DNA from: Nitrososphaera viennensis EN76
Lineage (GTDB): Archaea; Thermoproteota; Nitrososphaeria; Nitrososphaerales; Nitrososphaeraceae
Assembly: GCF_000698785.1 (NCBI RefSeq)
Contig: NZ_CP007536.1
Coordinates: forward strand, 2,220,001-2,252,000
Reading direction: 5' to 3'
DNA: 32,000 nucleotides
Within the stretch, counting starts at the first letter, position 1. Each line of letters starts with the position of its first letter. A model generated the notes under the pieces. The model saw nothing but the letters and a program-made list of their open reading frames with translations. It had not been told where the DNA came from and did not search any database. The translations under genes were made by a program, and so were the position numbers. This document shows, piece after piece, positions 31,676 to 32,000 of this stretch.

Positions 31676-31688
31676 TAGTTCTCTTTTC
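31676..31688 (+). promoter_or_regulatory. provirus gene-boundary motif TAGTTCTCTTTTC
   Basis: It lies 35 nt before the ATG at 31711. Confidence 0.6.
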
Positions 31689-31710
31689 CCTTTTCTTTCT
31701 TTTTGGTTTC

Positions 31711-32000
31711 ATGTCTGAAACCTGGAAGGTCGCCGGCCAGTCTTCCGACCTCACAAAAACTGTCGAGATGCTCGTGAAGGAAAAGCTGGAATCGCAGTGG
31801 ACAGAGACTGACCCGCCTGCTGCAAGCATTGACTTTGGAACCGGCTGGGGCGCCGGGATGACGAAAAACTATGCTGTGCACTGCCTTCATGCCTCTACCA
31901 CCTCGGCTCCTGTAGTGAACGGCTGGTCAAAGTACATGTACGAGACGCTTGTTGACGTGCACGTGTTTGCGCTGCGCACCACGCTTTTTGAGCCGGACCA
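31711..32000 (+). CDS. provirus protein, 5' part only (runs off right edge)
   Basis: ATG at 31711 gives MSETWKVAGQSSDLTKTVEMLVKEKLESQWTETDPPAASIDFGTGWGAGMTKNYAVHCLHAS..., open to position 32000. It is absent from the track because no stop falls in the window. Confidence 0.65.
   Translation, partial: MSETWKVAGQSSDLTKTVEMLVKEKLESQWTETDPPAASIDFGTGWGAGMTKNYAVHCLHASTTSAPVVNGWSKYMYETLVDVHVFALRTTLFEPD

Larger units (their letters stand above)
21736..32000 (+). mobile_element. head-tailed (HK97-type, Caudoviricetes-like) provirus, left part; right end outside the window
   Basis: It has the collinear order TerS-like, TerL, portal, protease-MCP and small structural genes, all on the plus strand, with a shared gene-boundary motif and a divergent RHH regulator at the left. 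The left boundary is not defined, and no att, tRNA or integrase was seen in the window. Confidence 0.85.

Noticed and set aside
23107-31690. Whether the repeated TAGTTCTCTTTT copies could be a CRISPR array or a tandem repeat
   Set aside because: The copies are 12-nt motifs separated by 0.04-2.5 kb of coding sequence at irregular intervals. They are always intergenic and on one strand, so they are a gene-boundary signal and not CRISPR repeats.

Overview
The window looks like chromosomal DNA of a moderately GC-rich archaeon. My best guess is a Nitrososphaera-like thaumarchaeon. That is an inference from gene content, from TATA-like boxes about 25-35 nt upstream of many start codons, and from resemblance to the thaumarchaeal head-tailed provirus type described for Nitrososphaera viennensis. 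The window has three parts. (1) 1-8.5 kb holds ordinary genes: a PP-loop ATPase, two paralogous wHTH regulators flanking a UbiA prenyltransferase, an alpha/beta hydrolase, a SAM methyltransferase, a DUF47/PhoU-like plus PitA phosphate-transporter pair, and a C2H2 zinc-finger protein. (2) 8.5-20.9 kb is a mosaic accessory region. A visibly lower-GC 6.7-kb cassette is bracketed by ~200-bp near-identical direct repeats that each carry a small 4-Cys gene. The cassette encodes a 1295-aa secreted BNR/Asp-box protein, a wHTH regulator and a frameshifted surface protein. Next come a clear homolog of the bacterial T6SS tube protein Hcp with an apparent N-terminal signal/anchor, a 753-aa Cys/Pro-rich orphan protein, two secreted proteins and transposase relics. 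(3) 21.7-32.0 kb is the left part of a head-tailed (HK97-type) provirus and runs off the right edge. It contains an RHH regulator and operator-like palindromes, a TerS-like gene split at a C_CCG_GGG slippery site, TerL, portal, a protease-scaffold-MCP fusion and small structural or membrane genes. Nearly every viral gene is preceded at a fixed ~35-nt distance by a recurring TAGTTCTCTTTT motif. The most striking finding is an AT-rich insert between the portal and capsid genes. It encodes a single-domain RelA/SpoT-type (toxSAS-like) enzyme translationally coupled to a 72-aa ORF, followed by a decayed duplicate of that ORF. I saw no rRNA, tRNA or CRISPR array. All homology calls are motif recognition by eye and no searches were run.
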